Shown piece by piece: positions 46,477 to 49,506 of a stretch of 49,506 bases of DNA. The notes below the pieces were generated by a model, which saw only the letters and a list, made by a program, of their open reading frames with translations, made no database searches and was not told the DNA's origin. Both the position numbers and the translations under genes were made by a program. Source of the DNA: an uncultured Rhizobium sp. (lineage in GTDB: Bacteria > Pseudomonadota > Alphaproteobacteria > Micropepsales > Micropepsaceae). The number at the start of each line of letters is the position of its first letter. Within the stretch, counting starts at the first letter, position 1. The stretch spans positions 1-49,506 of the forward strand of contig CAZMHP010000002.1 of assembly GCA_964566095.1 (NCBI GenBank), in the 5' to 3' direction.

Positions 46477-47315
46477 CCCGTCTCCACCGGCGCGTCGGAC
46501 GCGCCCCATTCCGCCCAGGAGCCGTCATAGAGCGCGACGTCGCCCGCGCCCGCCACGGTCGCCGCCAGCATGACGATCGCCGCGGTGACGCCCGAGCCGC
46601 AGGTGGTGACGATCGGCCTGGTCAAATCGACGTGATGGGAGGCGAACAGCCGGCGCAGATCGTCCGCCGATTTCAGCGTGCCGTCGGGGTGGCTGAGCTC
46701 CGTGTACGGAACGTTCAGACTGCCGGGGATATGGCCCGGACGCACGCCGGCGCGCGGTTCCGGTTCCAGCCCCTTGAACCGCGGCACGCCGCGCGCGTCG
46801 ACCACTTGCGTGCCCCGGCTGTCGAGATTTGCGACCATCTGTCGGAAATCGCGCGCCAGCGCGTTGTCGGGCCGCGCCGTGAAATGCCGCGCGAAAGGCT
46901 TGGCGGTCATGTCTTCGAGCGGGCGGCCCTCGCGGCGCCATTTCGGCAATCCGCCGTCGAGCACCACCACGTCCTCGTGCCCCATGGCGCGCAGCATCCA
47001 CCAGGCGCGCGGGGCGGAATAGACCCCGGCGCTGTCATAGACGACGATCAGGTTGCCGTCGCCCAGTCCCAGCTTGCGCATGCGGCTGGCGAATTTCGGC
47101 GCCGGCGCCAGCATGTGCGGCAGCGGATTCTTCTCGTCCGACAGGTCCTCCATGTCGAAGAACAGCGCGCGCGGAATATGCGCCGCGGCGAATTCGGCGC
47201 GCGGGTCGCGCCCGGCCTGCGGCAGATACCAGGAGGCATCGACCACACGCACGTCCGGTGCGTTGATCCGGCCCGCCAGCCATTCGGTCGATACCAGGGG
47301 AGAGTCGGGCTTCAT
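46473..47315 (-). CDS. sseA: 3-mercaptopyruvate sulfurtransferase
   Basis: LVSTEWL, HIPRA, RAWW, LDGG, GHIPGS, CGSGVTA active loop, YDGSWAEW. Confidence 0.95.
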   Translation of the reverse strand: MKPDSPLVSTEWLAGRINAPDVRVVDASWYLPQAGRDPRAEFAAAHIPRALFFDMEDLSDEKNPLPHMLAPAPKFASRMRKLGLGDGNLIVVYDSAGVYSAPRAWWMLRAMGHEDVVVLDGGLPKWRREGRPLEDMTAKPFARHFTARPDNALARDFRQMVANLDSRGTQVVDARGVPRFKGLEPEPRAGVRPGHIPGSLNVPYTELSHPDGTLKSADDLRRLFASHHVDLTRPIVTTCGSGVTAAIVMLAATVAGAGDVALYDGSWAEWGASDAPVETG

Positions 47316-48349
47316 GGCTCGAACGGCACCGTGAGCGCCGCGCGCGGATGGGCCAGCCAGGCCGGGACAGGAAGATTCTTCGACCGTAGGAATTCGGGAT
47401 TGAACAGCTTGCTCTGATAGCGCGTGCCGTAATCGGCCAGGATGGTCACGATGACGCTGCCCTTGCCCAACTCGCGCGCCATGCGCACCGCGCCGGCGAC
47501 GTTGATGCCCGTCGAGCCGCCCATGCACAATCCCTCGTGTTCGAGCAGATCGAAGATGATCGGCAGCGCTTCCTCGTCCGAGATCTCGTATGCGTCGTCG
47601 ATCGGCGCGCCTTCCAGATTGGCGGTGACGCGGTTCTGGCCGATGCCTTCGGTGATCGACGTGCCGTGCGCGTTGAGTTCGCCGGTCTTGATCCAGGAAT
47701 AGATCGCGGCGCCCAACGGGTCGGCGGCGGCGGTCTTCACGTTCGGACTCTTCTCCTTGAGCGCGATGGCGCAGCCGGCCAGCGTGCCGCCGGTGCCGAC
47801 CGCGCAGGTAAATCCGTCGAGCCGGCCGTTGGTCTGGTGCCAGATCTCCAGCCCGGTGCCTTCGATATGCGCCTGACGGTTCGCGATGTTGTCGAACTGG
47901 TTGGCCCAGATCGCGCCGTTCGGCTCGCTCTTGGCCAGTTGGTCCGCGATGCGCCCCGACACCTTCACGTAATTGTTCGGATTCTTGTACGGCACGGCCG
48001 GCACTTCGATCAGCTGCGCGCCCAGAAGAAGCAGCGCGTCCTTCTTCTCCTGACTCTGTGTATCGGGAATGACGATGACCGTGCGGAAGCCCAGCGCGTT
48101 GCCCACCACCGCCAATCCGATTCCGGTGTTGCCCGCCGTGCCTTCCACAATGACGCCGCCGGGCTTGAGGCTGCCTTTGCGGATCGCGTCCTCGATGATG
48201 AACAGCGCCGCGCGGTCCTTGACCGACTGGCCGGGGTTCATGAACTCCGCCTTGCCCAGAATCTCGCAGCCGGTGAGTTCGCTGACGCGGTTCAGGCGGA
48301 TCAGGGGGGTGCGGCCGATGGCTGCGACGACGTCTCTTTTTATGTCCAT
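47312..48349 (-). CDS. cysK: Cysteine synthase
   Basis: IGRTPL, EFMNPGQSVKDR, TAGNTG, NQFDN, GTGGT, EGIG. Confidence 0.93.
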   Translation of the reverse strand: MDIKRDVVAAIGRTPLIRLNRVSELTGCEILGKAEFMNPGQSVKDRAALFIIEDAIRKGSLKPGGVIVEGTAGNTGIGLAVVGNALGFRTVIVIPDTQSQEKKDALLLLGAQLIEVPAVPYKNPNNYVKVSGRIADQLAKSEPNGAIWANQFDNIANRQAHIEGTGLEIWHQTNGRLDGFTCAVGTGGTLAGCAIALKEKSPNVKTAAADPLGAAIYSWIKTGELNAHGTSITEGIGQNRVTANLEGAPIDDAYEISDEEALPIIFDLLEHEGLCMGGSTGINVAGAVRMARELGKGSVIVTILADYGTRYQSKLFNPEFLRSKNLPVPAWLAHPRAALTVPFEP

Positions 48350-48524
48350 CTCTGCGCGGATGTCGGGGACCGGTCGAACCTAATGGGATGGGCTGGGGGC
48401 TTCAAGGCGATTGACGGAGCGCGGTTCGGGCGGCCCGATGCGCCGCGCGGCCGGGGCAGGCGCCTTGCGGCCCGTGCAAGGCTCGCCATGGCATGCTGAC
48501 CCACGAGTCGCAAGGAAGGCGCCG

Positions 48525-49160
48525 ATGTACACGCTCCACTACTTTCCCGGAAACGCCAGCCTGTTCCCGCACATGCTGCTGCGCGAGATCGGAGCGCCGT
48601 TCGAGCTTCGGCTGGTGGATCGCGCCAACAACGAGCAGAAAAGCGCGGCCTACCTGAAACTCAACCCGACCGGCCACATCCCAGTCCTGTTGGACGACGG
48701 CTTGGCAGTCTACGAAACGGCGGCGATCGCGCTCTATCTCGCGGACCGTCACCCCGCGGCGAAGATGGCGCCGCCGGCCGGCTCGCGCGCGCGCGGCGAT
48801 TTCTACAAATGGATGCTGCTATTCAGCAACGAACTCCAGTCGCAGTATCGCGCCTGGTTCTACGCCCATGAGTTCGTCGAGGACCCGGCCAACGCCGATC
48901 AGGTGAAAGCCGCGACGGCGGCGCGCTTGGGTAAGACCTTCGCGCTGATCGCGGACCATCTTGAAGGTCGCATCTGGCTGATGGGCGAGGATGTCTCGGC
49001 CGCCGACCTCTATCTCTTCATGATGGTGCGCTGGGGCCGCGCACAGCCCTCGCCGCCGCGCCTCCACCCCGCGCTGGCCCGCCATGCCGATCAAGTCGCC
49101 GCGCGACCTGCGGTGCAAGAGGCGCTGGCAAAAGAGGGAATCACGGCGCCCCTCATCTAA
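48525..49160 (+). CDS. Glutathione S-transferase
   Basis: YLKLNPTGHIPVL, ETAAIALYL, SAADLYL, RPAVQEAL. Confidence 0.92.
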   Translation: MYTLHYFPGNASLFPHMLLREIGAPFELRLVDRANNEQKSAAYLKLNPTGHIPVLLDDGLAVYETAAIALYLADRHPAAKMAPPAGSRARGDFYKWMLLFSNELQSQYRAWFYAHEFVEDPANADQVKAATAARLGKTFALIADHLEGRIWLMGEDVSAADLYLFMMVRWGRAQPSPPRLHPALARHADQVAARPAVQEALAKEGITAPLI

Positions 49161-49176
49161 GGGAGACAGAATCAAC

Positions 49177-49261
49177 AGCGGGCGGCCAAAGTAGGGTTGG
49201 CGTGGCGGCTGCGCGGGTTCGATTGAGAATCGCGGCCGAGCGCGGTGGGTTGGCGGGCGGC
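49177..49261 (-). repeat. tRNA-Asn trailer with two copies of the GCCGCC(A)CGCCAACCC motif
   Basis: 49177-49209 matches 15996-16028 (31/33, reverse complement); shorter copy at 49247-49261. Confidence 0.7.
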
Positions 49262-49285
49262 ATCGCGCGAGGCCGCAAACGAAAA

Positions 49286-49360
49286 TGGCTCCCCGGGCCG
49301 GATTCGAACCAGCGACCAACCGGTTAACAGCCGGTTGCTCTACCGCTGAGCTACCGAGGA
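49286..49360 (-). tRNA. tRNA-Asn(GUU)
   Basis: TCCTCGG/CGGGGA acceptor, ACCGG-CT-GTT-AA-CCGGT, GTTCGAAT, CCA. Confidence 0.96.
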
Positions 49361-49447
49361 ACACCTTGAGGACGGGGTGTCTAACCCGTTTGTTTGGCAA
49401 TGAAAAGCCCAAACTCTCCCGCTCACAACAGGACGTCTCCAGCCTGA

Positions 49448-49478
49448 GAAGAAAAAGAGGCCGGGTGATTAGCCCGGC
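49448..49478 (-). terminator. Probable terminator of a minus-strand unit beyond the window end
   Basis: GGCCGGG-N7-CCCGGCC stem followed on the minus strand by TCTTTTTCTT. Confidence 0.6.
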
Positions 49479-49506
49479 CCCAAGGCGTTGGGTAATGGTG
49501 GGGTGT

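Noticed and set aside
1-49506. CRISPR arrays, rRNA, IS transposases, integrases, known riboswitches
   Set aside because: None recognisable by eye; an Rfam/ISfinder scan would be needed to exclude divergent examples

Overview
High-GC alphaproteobacterial chromosomal segment. The taxonomy is inferred from gene content and order: rplM-rpsI-argC, phaC / OmpA-aminotransferase-hom-glpX-recJ, and csp-DUF192-tRNA-Pro-ETC complex I subunit-tRNA-Arg. It carries about 55 CDS and four tRNAs (Glu-UUC, Pro-UGG, Arg-UCU, Asn-GUU). Main blocks are a sulfate uptake locus (Rrf2, OprO/P-type porin, sbp-cysTWA, divergent TauD-type dioxygenase), a molybdo-hydroxylase accessory cluster with small and FAD subunits but no large subunit, interrupted by an OmpR/kinase/EF-hand module, and a cysK-sseA-GNAT-POT-metC-hisI run. 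No integrase, transposase, rRNA or CRISPR array was seen. The most interesting signal is a family of hairpin elements starting inside tRNA 3' ends (NCCA), with conserved geometry and compensatory changes. At tRNA-Glu the element precedes a small lower-GC GIY-YIG nuclease gene, at tRNA-Pro it has no gene, and a 33-nt motif is shared with the tRNA-Asn trailer. This is a candidate tRNA-targeting, GIY-YIG-associated repeat system. Also notable are a low-GC two-gene toxin/immunity-like cassette with an apparent 1-bp frameshift directly after phaC, and two further REP-like palindrome families with two copies each. All product calls come from motif recognition by eye; no database searches were run.
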